A stretch of 64,000 bases of DNA from Azolla caroliniana (taxonomy: Eukaryota; Plantae; Polypodiophyta). The number at the start of each line of letters is the position of its first letter. The stretch's first letter is position 1. Shown here piece after piece: positions 12,401 through 25,291 of the stretch. Location of the stretch: NCBI GenBank assembly GCA_043228905.1, contig JBHGNT010000012.1, positions 13,640,001-13,704,000 on the forward strand. Direction: 5' to 3'. Under the pieces are notes generated by a model, which searched no databases, was not told where the DNA came from, and was given only the letters and a program-made list of their open reading frames with translations. A program made the translations under genes and the position numbers.

Positions 12401-12600
12401 GAAAATCATATACAGAACTAGCATCCAACATGGTTGCAACAAAAATCATATATATAGCTAACATTCAACATGATTGCAACAAAAATCATATATATAACTA
12501 ACATCCAACATGATTGCAACAAAAATCATATATATAACTAACATCCAACATGGTTGCCACAAAAATCATACATAGAACTAACATCCAACATGGTTGTAAC
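12401..12600. repeat. 40-bp minisatellite, 5 copies
   Basis: Consensus AAAAATCATATATATAACTAACATCCAACATGATTGCAAC in exact 40-bp register. Confidence 0.95.
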
Positions 12601-13242
12601 AAGACAGCACGACCAACATCGGAAGGTTGGACAATGAAGATGTGTGGGGGGAAACTTCGGAGAATGAAATTTGTGGTGCCTAGGATAGATAGCGCAAGGC
12701 GTTGTGACCGTCCGGCACCTGGGATAGCCCGTGTCAGTTTGTTGTGACCATTGTGTGTCGGGTGCCACAATTCTAACTAACAACCTTATATTGTGGTAGC
12801 TAGGAGTTCTTGTAGATAGCTATGAATGTTATATATGTGTGCCACGCTATTAAGATCTATAATTAACAAATAAATCTCGTTTACTTCTCTTGTGCTCTTA
12901 CATTTCAAGTGGAAAGTGATTGTCGAGTTTGAAATACTTAGGAATCCTCACAATGCTAGACTAAATTAGCTTTCGAAGGTTATTCATTCCTTAATAGTGT
13001 TTTCTTCATTTTCACATTGTAATCGACAAGGTAGTCCTCATTAATAATGCATGTTTACCATAATATTTGTTTTTTTCCCAAAAAGGAGCTACTTTCCCAT
13101 TAGTTAGGAGAGATTTTTACAGAAAGACTACACAAGGTGGCTTATATATAAATGGAAGAATCACCCCCTAACCGAGTTCAAGAATATGAGACTACGTACA
13201 TATCCTTTCATACAATTTACTTAATGTAAGTAGGTTCCTAGA

Positions 13243-16200
13243 TGTAGAAACAAATAGCGTGCGGAAGCAATAGAAAACAGAAAACAGAGAACGGGTTTAA
13301 TGGAGAGCTTAACAGTACGCATGAGAGACAGAGAGAGAGAGAGCACACAGAAACTCTATTTCAAAAATACTACTCAGTCTGTACATCGTATGTGTTCAGC
13401 GAACGCTTTTATACAAGTCCATACGGACTAACAGAAGTACGGTGTACTTCAATGCTCACACGAGCGTCTGACACTAACTACGAGATATTAACTACCTAGT
13501 AGACTAGCTGCTACTTGGCTTCCGGTTACTGCTTGATCCAGCTAACCGGCTCCCCAGCTCACCAACTCACTTACACACCGGCTCATCCTTCTGGATGCCG
13601 ATCCGGATCTAGTTGAGCTTGCCGCTCAACACTCCCCCTCAAGCTCAACTTGAGGTCGGATCGTAGTGTCAATCTCCATGGCAGTCGGTCCATCCACCCG
13701 GCTCCTTCTGGCGGCACTCCGCCTTGCTCGCGCTCCTCGACCAGTCCGGTCCCGTTTGCCGCTACCTTTTTGTTTCTGTGCATCTCGACCTCCATGGTCG
13801 GCTTGTTTGCTCAACAGACCCAAGTCAGCTCCCTCGCTGTTGTGACTTCGGCGCTTGTCGACCCGCCGATTCCTTCGTGTTGGCGTCGACTTTTGCTGCC
13901 ATCTCGTCCTCTTGGCCTTGAATTGATCCGGCTCTTCCGAATCCTTTTGTAGAACCGAATCGGCTGTCTCCGATTCGTTCCAGCTCTTGACCGAATCGGT
14001 TGCCCCCGATTCGTCTTCCGGTTCTAGACCCTTCACCACATCGGACCATGTCCGGGTCTTGGCCTTCTTCTTCCGGTCTGCTCTATTCTTTTTGACTCTA
14101 CCTCCGCTACCGCTTGTTCCGACTTGTTCGGATGTGTCAACTTCCTTTGTCGACTTGGCTCCTTTCTTCTTCTTGTCTCTCTCTTTATTTGTTCTTCCCT
14201 CACCGGCGCAATCGGCAATCTCTTTGCCTTTGCCCGTTCCGGCGTCTTTGCCCGTTCTCCCCCTCAAGTGTGGCATGTCAAGATGCGGAACACCAAGCAT
14301 TTTGGTGAAGTGTTGCAACTTGTCCAATCCAAGCAGTTTGGTGAAGATGTCGGCAACTTGCCGATCCGTATGAACATATCGAAGTTCGACTTCACTGCTC
14401 ATGACACGCTCACGCACGAAATGGTAGTGCACTTCTATGTGCTTTGTGCGAGCATGGAATACGGGGTTCTTGGCAAGCTGCATGCTGCTGATGTTGTCAC
14501 AGTAGATCAGGATCGGGGTTGGCACCTCGATCCGCAAGTCCTGCAACAAACACTGAAGCCAAATGGTTTCACAAGTGGCAACGGTAGCGCCCCGATACTC
14601 AGCCTCAATGCTCGACAGAGCCACTATTGGTTGCTTTTTGCTGCTCCACGCAACAACCGCGCTACCAAGGGAAAACATATATCCGGAGGTGGATCGGCGA
14701 TCCGATGCATCGCCAGCCTAGTCGCCATCGGTGTAGCCGACTAGCTCTTCGGTTATACCATGCCGGTATAACAGTCCCTGGTCCTTCATGCCGCTCACAT
14801 ACCGCAGTATTCGGTGTGCGCACTGACGATGCTCTACGGTCGGCTTCTGCATGAATTGGCTAATCACACTGACCGGATAGCTGATGTCGGGTCGAGTGAT
14901 GGTCAAATATATAAGGCTTCCGACAATTTGTCGGAACCATTTCTCATCACAGGCCGGTCCGGAGTTGGGACATAGCTTCTGTTTCCGGTCCAAGGGTGTA
15001 GAGACAGGTCGGCATTCTGTCATGCCGAACTTGTACAACATATTCAACACATAGTGTCTCTATGAGAGCAATATGTCGTCGGGGGTTCGGATCACCTCGA
15101 TCCCAAGGAAATAGTGAAGGTCCTCCAGATCCTTCATCTCAAATGCGTCTGACAGCTGGGACTTGACTCGGCTGATTTTATCAAGTCTGGGTCCGGTGAT
15201 GATCAGATCATCAACATACAACAAGATGCAAACCGGACCGTCCAGACCTTGCCGGATGAACAGTGAAGAGTCGGATTTGGAGGCTACAAACCCCATCTTA
15301 CACAATCGGTGTGTTATCTTCGCATTCCAAGCTCGGGGGGCTTGCTTCAGGCCATTAGGTGACTTCTTCAATCGGCATACTGCCGACTTGTTCATCTCTG
15401 TCTAGAAATCGGGAGGTTGGGTCATAAAGACCTCTTCTTCTAGATTGCCTTGAAGAAATGCATTCTTCACGTCCATCTGGTGAAAATGTCACTCCCTTGC
15501 TGCAGCCACCGCCAGCACCACACGAACCATCGTCATCTTCGCTACCGGAGCGAAGGTGATTCCGTGGGTCTGCGCGTATCCCTTCGCCACTAACCGGGCC
15601 TTGTATCGGTTAACTAAACTGTCGGCGTTGTACTTTACCTTGTACACCCACTTGCATCCAATTGGTTTATAGTGACGGGAGGGTCAACCAGGTCCCATGT
15701 CTCGTTGGCATCAAGTGCCTGCATCTCTTCCTCCCAAGCGGCACGCCAATTTGCATCCCTTGCCGCTTCTGCGTAGCTCTTCGGCTCACGCACTTCCGCC
15801 ACCTTGGTCATGTACGCATAGTGATGCGCCATGTACTCATTGTACCTGTACCACTTAACAGGTTCCTTCTGGCGGGTTGACTGGCGTAACCCAACATTTC
15901 CCGGTTTGAGGCCCTTCTTGGCCGGTTCGGTCTTCGGTGCCGAAGAACCGTCATTTTTCTTTCCGGAGTTGGATCCTCTCTGATCCGACTCATCATTACC
16001 GGTTTCATAATCCGGCATCTTCTTCTTCCCCTTCTATTTGCGTGTGAACCGTCTCCTCGATTCCTTGCGCGGGGAGAGCACGGCAGAGGCTCCACTACTC
16101 GCCGGTTACTCTTCTAACTGGTCGGATTGACCTAGTCTCTCGTTCGGCCCACTCAACCGAAACGATTCCGGACTCCCTTCTTGAGTCCCGGATTCATCAT

Positions 16201-19056
16201 CTTCTATCTGGACCGGTTCAGGCTCACTAGCCTCATCCTCTGGTATCGGGTCGGGGTTAGAAGTCGGAGCTGGTACGGCATACCATGATGTCGTCTCATC
16301 AAACTCAACATCGCGGCTAACTCGAACCTGCTTCGTCCGGGGGTTATAACACTTATACCCCTTTTGCTCATGTGAGTAGCCGACAAGGATGCACTTCTCC
16401 GATTTTGCATCCAGCTTCCTCCGCTTCTCATCCGGCACATGCACATATGTTATGCTGCCGAAAATCCAAAGGTGTTTCAAATTCGGCTTGCGCCCGAAAT
16501 ACAGCTCATGCGCGGACACCTTGTCACTGATCCGGTTTTGGATGTAGACGGTCGTCTGGACTGCCTCCGCCCAGTAGAAATGGGGCATGCTCTTCTCTTC
16601 CAGCATTGCCCTTGCCGCGTCGACAAGAGACCAGTTCTTCCTTTCGGCCACACCGTTTTGCTCCGGTGTGTATCTGCCGCTGAACTCTCTCCGAATTCGT
16701 GTTTGCTGCAATTAATTGTTGAATTGGTTGGAAAAATATTCTTTTCTGCCATCTGATCGTAGGCACTTGATCTTTCTCTCCGATTCCCATTCCACCATGC
16801 TTCGGAGGTTCCGAAAGCAGTCGAAGACTTCACTCTTCCACTCAATGAGGTAGATCCATGTGTGCCGGCTATAGTCGTCGATGAAGGAGACGAAGTATCG
16901 ACTCCCGCCAAGACTCATGTTCTGTGCCGATCCCCATACATCCGAATGAATACGGTCGAGCTTGTTACGACTACGGTTTCGTTCAGCGGGGAATGGAAGC
17001 CGGTGTTGCTTCCCGAGTTGGTAGGCTTCACATACTTGGGCCTTCCGTCCACTGAACTTCGGCAAACCGACAACAACTTGTTTCGTTTGCAGGTCTTGAA
17101 GCCTCCGGTAATTGACGTGGCCGATCCGCTTATGCCAGAGATCGATGTCTGATTCAATCTTCTGTCCTTTGGCGAACAAAGCGGTGCTGACGTCATTGGT
17201 GTCGAGGATGAACATCCTCTCATCTCTGCGCCCTTGCACAATAATCTGGCCCTGCGCAATAATCTGGCCCTCCTCCTCAATGAAGCACCCAAGGTGCGTA
17301 AACCGCACCTGCATTCCCTGGTTGACGATCTGTCCGACCGACACCAGGTTCTTTGTGATAGTCGAGACGTGTAATACGTTCATCAGCTTCCCGCTCTGTC
17401 CGACGTGGCTCAAAGGGACTTCACCGACATGCACGATTGGGTGAGGAGTGTCGTCTCCGATTTCGACAACTCCCGGTTGTTCCGGTTTCTCCAGGAAGGA
17501 GAATCACTCTTTGTGGTTCGTCATGTGATTTGATACACCGGAATCAACGTACCACACTTCCTCCGATTTGGAAGTGGTCTTCTTCATCGAATTTGCTTCA
17601 TGCTTCATCACCAAGGTTGGCCCCTTACCAGTCTTCCCAGTTCCGGATCCTTTCGATCCTTGCGCGTAGTGCAAGCTTTGCCAGTTCTCCCGACCGGTTT
17701 TGTCGGATCCAGATCTGTCCAAATCGGCACACTTCTTCCAGCACTTGCTTTCTCTATGGCCCTTTTTTGCCACAGTACCAACATTCTGTGGCGGATTTGT
17801 CTTGCCAGCTTCCAGCGCCACCTTGACTTCCCCTGGTTGTGGAGGTCCCTAAATTGTTGTCGGCACGGTCTCTGTGCCATCGGTCTTGCCCTTGCCGGCT
17901 GCCTCCATTGCGTGCCGACCCGCCTTATCCACCACACCCATGGGGCCGATCCACCTACGTGTACATCATCCGGCTGTCGGTGGGTGCACTTGTTGACGCA
18001 CCGGTGTGGTTCTCCTCTACAAGGGGCATCGACTGTAAGTCGAAAAATGACGGTGTATTCTCCCTCGTACATACTATTGTCCGGAAAGCTCGGAACTTAG
18101 ACGCTAGGCCCCCAAGACAGACCTGTATCATCTTGTCCTCCTCTACAGTGACGTTGATAGAGGCAAGCGAGTCACAGATCTCTTTGATTCGGGCCGTGTA
18201 ATCAGCCATCGACATGTCCTTCTGTCGGACATTGCTCAACTCCTATCGGAGTTGCAACTTCCGGGTTGTAGTGCTTGCGGCGAACACCTTCTTCAGGTTT
18301 CCCCAAGCCTCTTTCGGCGTCTTGGCATCTCGGACGTGGCTCAGCAGCTGGTCTCCGACACTGGACGCAAAGCAGTACATCACTCTGCTTGCCGATTGTT
18401 TCCACACCGGGAAGTCCTTGTGTGCCGCATCAAGTGTTGTGTCGTTAGCTCTGTTGACATAGCTTCAGTAACCATGCCCAAGCAGGTACTGGTGCATCTT
18501 GTATGAACAAGATGCGTAGTTGGATAAGCTTCTCCACCAGAAGCGAGCTAGCCATTCCTCTGTCCATTTGTTTTTTTTTTTTGTTCTTTACAAAGGTTAG
18601 GTTTTCTTCTTGCGAAAGCGAATGTCGGCTGTAGAGGTTCTCAACCCTCGCGCTCTGATACCATGTAGAAACAAATAGCGTGCGGAAGCAATAGAAAACA
18701 GAAAACAGAGAATAGGTTTAATGGAGAGCTTACCAGTACGCGGGAGAGACAGAGAGAGATAGAGAGAGCACACAGAAACTCTATTTCAAAAATACTACTC
18801 AGTCTGTACATCGTATGTGTTCAGCGAACACTTTTATACAAGTCCATACGGACTGACAGAAGTACGGTGTACTTCAATGCTCACACGAGCGTCTGACACT
18901 AACTACGAGATATTAACTCCCTAGTAGACTAGCTGCTACTTGGCTTCCGGTTACTGCTTGATCCAGCTAACCGGCTCCCCAGCTCTCCGACTCACTTACT
19001 CACTGGCTCATCCTTCTGGATGCCGACCGGGATCTGGTTGAGCTTGCAGCTCAACA
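13243..19056 (-). mobile_element. Ty1/Copia LTR retrotransposon A (defective)
   Basis: TG..CA LTRs at 13243-13631 and 18664-19056 (roughly 15 substitutions plus an indel); tRNA-iMet PBS TGGTATCAGAGC at 18652-18663; PPT at 13632; TSD CTAGA/CTAAA; fragmented gag-PR-INT-RT-RH. Confidence 0.95.
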
Positions 19057-19581
19057 CTAAAGCTATAAACTAGTGACATTCATCATTGAGCAGCACGAGC
19101 CCAATCCTCTGGCCTTCAACGGACGGAGGGTGGGAAGTGAGTAGGAAACAGCTAGCATGGGGGCTGGTAGTTCCACCTCGGGCCCTTTCCTCCTTGCATC
19201 TCCATCGACATGTTCCTCCATGTAGGAGACAAGGCCGTGTCGATGCGGAAGATCAAGTAGCATTCGATTGGAGTTGAGTACCTGCGTATGACAGTTTCCA
19301 AGATCGTGCACAGAGATAGAGAGAGAGAGAGAGAGGAGGCACAAGAATCTTTCTATTCAATAGAAACAATAATACAACCAACCATACAAAAAGGTTATTA
19401 GGTCACTTTATATAGTGACCGACTTAGGGCAACTACCATTTATGCTAATTACACAAATGGCCCAAACTTGAGCTATACAAAGGGATAGTGTGAATACGTC
19501 CATTATACACTTGTATTCGACACTCCCCCGTAATGGGCGTATACATGGGTTATCTAAGATTACAGGTATAAACCTAGGTTC

Positions 19582-22500
19582 TGTTGCAAAACAGTGCTCG
19601 GCCACAACCGAGGAATGGGATCAACTCACAGAAAACAGGAAATAGAAAATGCACAAAACAATAGAGAGAAAGGTACACTGGATGTTTTACGTGGAAAACC
19701 CTAAATGGGAAAAACCACGGGAGTTCTCAACCTCCAACTATCACTATGAACAGGGATGTACAATGGTGAAGCTACAAGGCAACAACCTTGAGCTCACTGT
19801 CTTCGCCACAGGCGGCGGTAATACACAGAGGCAACGACCTCTTCGTCTCTCTCTCTCTCTCGGCTGCTCTCACTTCTCATAAAAATGAGCAACAACATAA
19901 AACTGTTTGCCCTAAGTCATATTTATACATATATGACTTTCGGGATATTTACAAATATAGCCTCAAGGGCTCTTAGCAAACATATTCACAAATATGTCCC
20001 TGCATCCAGATCTCTCTCCAGGTACATTCGTCATCCGGCTCCGTAGCCGGGGTCTTCATCATCCGGATCCGCATCCGGGTACTCTTCATCCGGCTTCATG
20101 CCGGGTACTCTTCATCATCCGGATCCGCATCCGGGTACTCTTCATCCGGCTTCATGCCGGGTACTCTTCATCATCCGGTTCCGTAACCGGGTACTCTTCA
20201 TCCGGCTTCATGCCGGGTACTCTTCATCATCCGATTCCGTAACCGCAACCGGGCTTGCCGTCATTCATCTCCAGACATCCCATCCGGAGGGACCGTAATC
20301 CCAACAAACTCCCCCTTCACTTCGGCATGGGATGTCTCTCCAATCCGATCCTCTTCCGGCATGTTTCCAGCTTGTCGGGTGTGAGCACCTTGGTCAGCAT
20401 ATCCGACCCGTTCTCGTCAGTGTGGATCTTCGTCAGCACGAACTCCTCGTCTTCTATCCTCTCCCGGATCCAGTGGTATCTACGCTGGATGTGTTTCGTC
20501 CGGGAATGGTAGGCCGCGTTCTTCGCAAGGTGGATGGCACTCTGACTGTCGCAGTAGAGTCGGTACTCCTCCTGTTGGATACCGAGCTCTCTAATGAAGT
20601 CCTTCATCCATATTATTTCCTTGCCGGCTTCAACAGCTGCCATGTACTCCGCCTCCGTGGTTGACAACGCAACCGTCTTCTGCAGCCTCGATTGCCACGA
20701 AACGGCTCCCCCTGCATAGGTCATCACATACCCTGATGTGGACCGGCTGGTATCTGCATCAGCCGACATATCCGAATCGGTGAAGCCGTCGAGTTGGGGC
20801 TTACCGGAGCCGAATCGGAGGCACACGTTTGCCGTGCCCTTCAGGTATCGGAGTATCCACTTGACCGCGTTCCAATGCTCTTTGCCGGGATTGCTCATGT
20901 ACCGGCTCACCACTCCGACTGCATATCCTATGTCCGGTCTCGTACACACCATGGCGTACATCAAGCTCCCGACGGCTGAGGCATACGGCACTTTCATCAT
21001 ATCCTCCTTTTCAGCCTTTGTCTTGGGACTTTGCTTGCTGGACAACTTGCAGTTTGCCGGAAGGGTCGATCCGACCGGTCTTGCTTCCGACATGTTGAAC
21101 CGTTGAAGCACCTTCGTCACGTACTTCTCCTGTGACAGCCACAACTGCTTCTTCTTCCGGTCCCGGATGATGTGCATCCCTAGTAATTGCCTCGCCGGAC
21201 CCAGGTCCTTCATTGAGAAGGTTCGGTGAAGCGCTTTCTTCAGCATCCTTATCTTGACCTGGTCCCGTCCGACGATCAACATGTCGTCCACGTACAGGAG
21301 GAGTATTAGCGAGTCTCCTCCTTCGAACTTCTTCACAAACACGCAGTGATCGGACTGCGTTTTGTTGTACCCTTCGTTGGTCATGAAGGAGTCGAACTTC
21401 CGGTACCATTGCCGGGGAGCCTGCTTCAATCCGTAAAGGCTCTTCTTCAACCGGCATACCAGGTGCTCCTTCCCTTTCTTCTCGAATCCATCCGGTTGCT
21501 GCATGTAGATCTCTTCCTCGAGGTCACCGTGAAGGAATGCCGTCTTCACGTCCATCTGTTCTACCTCGAGGTCCATGCTTGCCGCTATGCTCAGCACCGT
21601 CCGGATGGAAGTCATCTTCACTACCGGGGCAAATATCTCGTCGAAGTCGACGCCCTTCTTCTGCTGGAACCCCTTCACCACGATCCTGGCTTTGTATCTC
21701 GGGGGGTTTCCGGCATCTCCCGGTTTCAGCTTGAACACCCACTTGTTTCGAAGTGCCCGCTTTCCTTTCGGCAACTCCACAAGTTCATATGTGTGGTTCT
21801 CATGCAGGGAATCCATCTCCTCCTGCATGGCACTTAACCACTTGCGGCTCTGGGTGTCGTGCTTTGCTTCTTCAAAGCTCTCCGGCTCCCCCTCGTCGGT
21901 TAGCAGCACGTGCTCTGGTTCCGGAAATCTCCGGGGGGGGCCCTTCTCTCTCTTAGAGGATATCTCCGTTCGGGAGCTTCGGTAACCGTTTCTTCCGATT
22001 CTTCTTCTTCATCCGAATCCATTTCGGGATCGGGGCCGGTTCCGGTATCATTTTCATCTTCTTCGGCCGGTTCTGTTTCTTCACCGTCTTCGGCCGGGTC
22101 TTCGAGTGTTAACCGGTCCCTTGCCGGTCGGGACTGCTCCTCGTAGAGTTTATCCTCACCGGTCGACTTGGAGCTCTTCATCTTCTTCTCCGACTCCCAG
22201 TCGGCGAGCGTCTTGTCCTCCATGAAGATGATATCTCGACTCCTGAATATCTTCTTGTCGACCGGGTCCCATACTCGGTAGCCGAACTCGTCGTCGCCGT
22301 AACCGAGGAATATGCATGGCCGGGTCTTTGGATCTAACTTTCCTCTCCGGTCCTTTGCCACATGCACGTATGTGAGACACCCGAACACCTTCAGATGCCG
22401 GTAGGACACTTCCTTACCGGTCCACACTTTCTGCGGCGTGTCTCCGTCCAAAGGTACTGAGGGTGATCTGTTTATCACGTACGTCGCCGTCGACATTGCC

Positions 22501-25151
22501 TCAGCCCAAAATCCCTTGGGTAATTTCGCATGCGCCAGCATACTCCGGACCCTCTCCATTATGGTCCGGTTAATCCTCTCGGCCAGCCCGTTCAGTTCCG
22601 GCGTCTTCGGCACAGTAAACTCGAGTCGGATTCCCTTCGAGCGACAGTACTCCTGGAACTGCCCCCGGTATTCCCCTCCGTTATCCGCTCGTATCGCTTT
22701 CAGCTTCTTGCCGGATTCTCTTTCCACTCTCGCGTGGAGTTCTTTGAAGACGGACAACACTTGGTCCTTTGTCTTCAACGGTGCCGTCCACAGCTTCCGG
22801 CTGTGATCATCAATGAATGTCACGAAGTATTGGGCTCCGCCATGTGACTTCGTTTCTACCTGACACACATCAGTGTGCACCAGCTCCAATGGTGCGCTAC
22901 GTCTCGTCGGTGGCCTTGAGTGGAAGGAGGTCCGGTTTTGCTTACCGGCCAGGCAGTCGGTGCACTTCTCCAGGTGCACATGCTTCACTGGAATAAGGTT
23001 GTCTTCTGCAAGCCTCTTCATCCCCTTCTCACTCATGTGGCACAGTCTTTTGTGCCACAGCTCACCGGTAGTGTCGGCTGCCACGTTCAGCTCTTCCGGA
23101 CATAATCGGGCATTCATCAGGTACAGAGTGTTGACCTTCCGGGCCCGAGCCACTGTCAGGCTCCCCTTGCTGAACTTCATGACACCGTTCCGGATGCTAC
23201 CCGTGTAGCCTTCATCGTCTAGCCTCCCGGCCGAAATCAGGTTCAATCGAACCTCCGGAACGTGTCGAACATCCTTCAGCAGCATCTTGCATCCGGTTGA
23301 TGTCATCAGCCACACGTCTCCTATGCCGGCAATCCGGCACGTACCTTCATTTCCCATCCGAACACAACCATGCTCACCGGCTGTGTAGGATGAGAAGTAT
23401 TTCTTCTCCGGGGTCAGGTGGAACGACGCTCCGGAATCGACCACCCAGGTCATCTCTTCTCCGGCAAGGTTCAGCTCCCTCTCTTCGGTAATGAGCATGA
23501 TCTCCTCTTCACTTGCCGCGAGTGCCGTCGTTCCTTTCCGGTCCTGCCCTCGCCGATCCGGACCTCTCCGGTCCGTGGCTCCCCGGTATGCACCGTTTCT
23601 CTCCGGTGACTTCTTCGAATCGGTGTCGTCGGCTCCGTTGTCCTTTCGGTAATGCCGACAATTCTTCCGGAAGTGCCCCGGCTTCCCACAGTGGAAGCAT
23701 GTGGGCCTTCCTCTTGACTGCGACCGGGTCCCCGACTTCTCCCGTCTTTGCGGACTCCGGTTCCATTGTCTTCCCCGTTCCGATTCGGTAAGCAGCGCCT
23801 TCGAGTCGGAGGCCGGTTCTTTATCTCTCCGACGCGCTTCTTCATTCAAAATACTTGTCTTTACCGTTTGTAGAGACAAGTTATCTTCGGTGCAGGAGGT
23901 GCTGAGGGTTACCACCAAGTTCTCCCAGCTTTCCGGCAATGTACACATCAGAATGATGGCTTGCATTGCATCCTCCAACGGGAACTTGATCGCCGCAAGC
24001 TGGTTCACGAATCCCATGAACGTGCTTACGTGTTCGACCATGCTCTCGCCGTCCCGGTACTTAAGATTCACTATCTTCCTCATCAGGGAGGTCCGGTTCA
24101 GCGCATTCTTCCTCTCATACAGTCCGGACAGCTTCCGCCACATCTCATAGGCGTTCGTATCGTTCGCCACATGTTGCAGGACACTTACATCGACATATTG
24201 CCGGATCGTCGCTACGGCTTTCCGGTTCAGAAGCTTCCATTCCGACTCAAGTACTCCCTTCGGTATTTCCGACCTGTCAATCGGTTCGTACAGGTCCCGA
24301 ACAATTAGAAGATCTTCCATCTTGATCTTCCAGTCGGCGTAGTTCTGCGCATTCAGCACCATCATGCCCGGAGGCCCACTACCGTCGCCTTCCATTTTCT
24401 GTGTTACCGTCGCTCTGATACCAGTTTGTTGCAAAACAGTGCTCGGCCACAACCGAGGAATGGGATCAACTCACAGAAAACAGGAAATAGAAAATGCACA
24501 AAACAATAGAGAGAAAGGTACACTGGATGTTTTACGTGGAAAACCCTAAATGGGAAAAACCACGGGAGTTCTCAACCTCCAACTATCACTATGAACAGGG
24601 ATGTACAATGGTGAAGCTACAAGGCAACAACCTTGAGCTCACTGTCTTCGCCACAGGCGGCGGTAATACACAGAGGCAACGACCTCTTCGTCTCTCTCTC
24701 TCTCTCGGCTGCTCTCACTTCTCATAAAAATGAGCAACAACATAAAACTGTTTGCCCTAAGTCATATTTATACATATATGACTTTCGGGATATTTACAAA
24801 TATAGCCTCAAGGGCTCTTAGCAAACATATTCACAAATATGTCCCTGCATCCAGATCTCTCTCCAGGTACATTCGTCATCCGGCTCCGTAGCCGGGGTCT
24901 TCATCATCCGGATCCGCATCCGGGTACTCTTCATCCGGCTTCATGCCGGGTACTCTTCATCATCCGGATCCGCATCCGGGTACTCTTCATCCGGCTTCAT
25001 GCCGGGTACTCTTCATCATCCGGTTCCGTAACCGGGTACTCTTCATCCGGCTTCATGCCGGGTACTCTTCATCATCCGGTTCCGTAACCGCAACCGGGCT
25101 TGCCGTCATTCATCTCCAGACATCCCATCCGGAGGGACCGTAATCCCAACA
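19582..25151 (-). mobile_element. Ty1/Copia LTR retrotransposon C nested in the 3' UTR of B
   Basis: 725-bp LTRs at 19582-20306 and 24427-25151 (one mismatch seen); TSD GGTTC; PBS 24412-24423; PPT about 20309-20320. Confidence 0.97.
20317..24395 (-). CDS. Copia C gag-pol polyprotein, one frameshift in a homopolymer near 21933-21940
   Basis: CFHCGKPGHFRKNC knuckle, WVVDSGAS protease, integrase (RADNGGEY), RT YVDDML, RNase H ENGSDMLTK. Confidence 0.9.
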
Positions 25152-25291
25152 GGTTCTCGGACATATCAGTTTTTGTTCGAGTCGGCAAGGTCCGAAGGCA
25201 GAAGACCGAACTGGTCGGGTCGGAAGAGTTGAAGCCGATCATTAGGGAACTGATGTCGGTTGTCCGAAACCATCCTGCGTTGTGTCCGGCT

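Noticed and set aside
12401-12600. CRISPR-like regular repeat
   Set aside because: Units are head to tail with no unique spacers, in a eukaryotic context; it is a minisatellite.
12668-12772. Small element with imperfect inverted ends
   Set aside because: Only about 8/10 terminal match and no clear TSD.
21933-21940. Programmed ribosomal frameshift between integrase and RT
   Set aside because: Copia pol is normally a single frame; a homopolymer indel or sequencing error is simpler.
20332-24549. Numerous antisense and alternate-frame ORFs in Copia C
   Set aside because: Expected shadows of a GC-rich gag-pol; no independent motifs.
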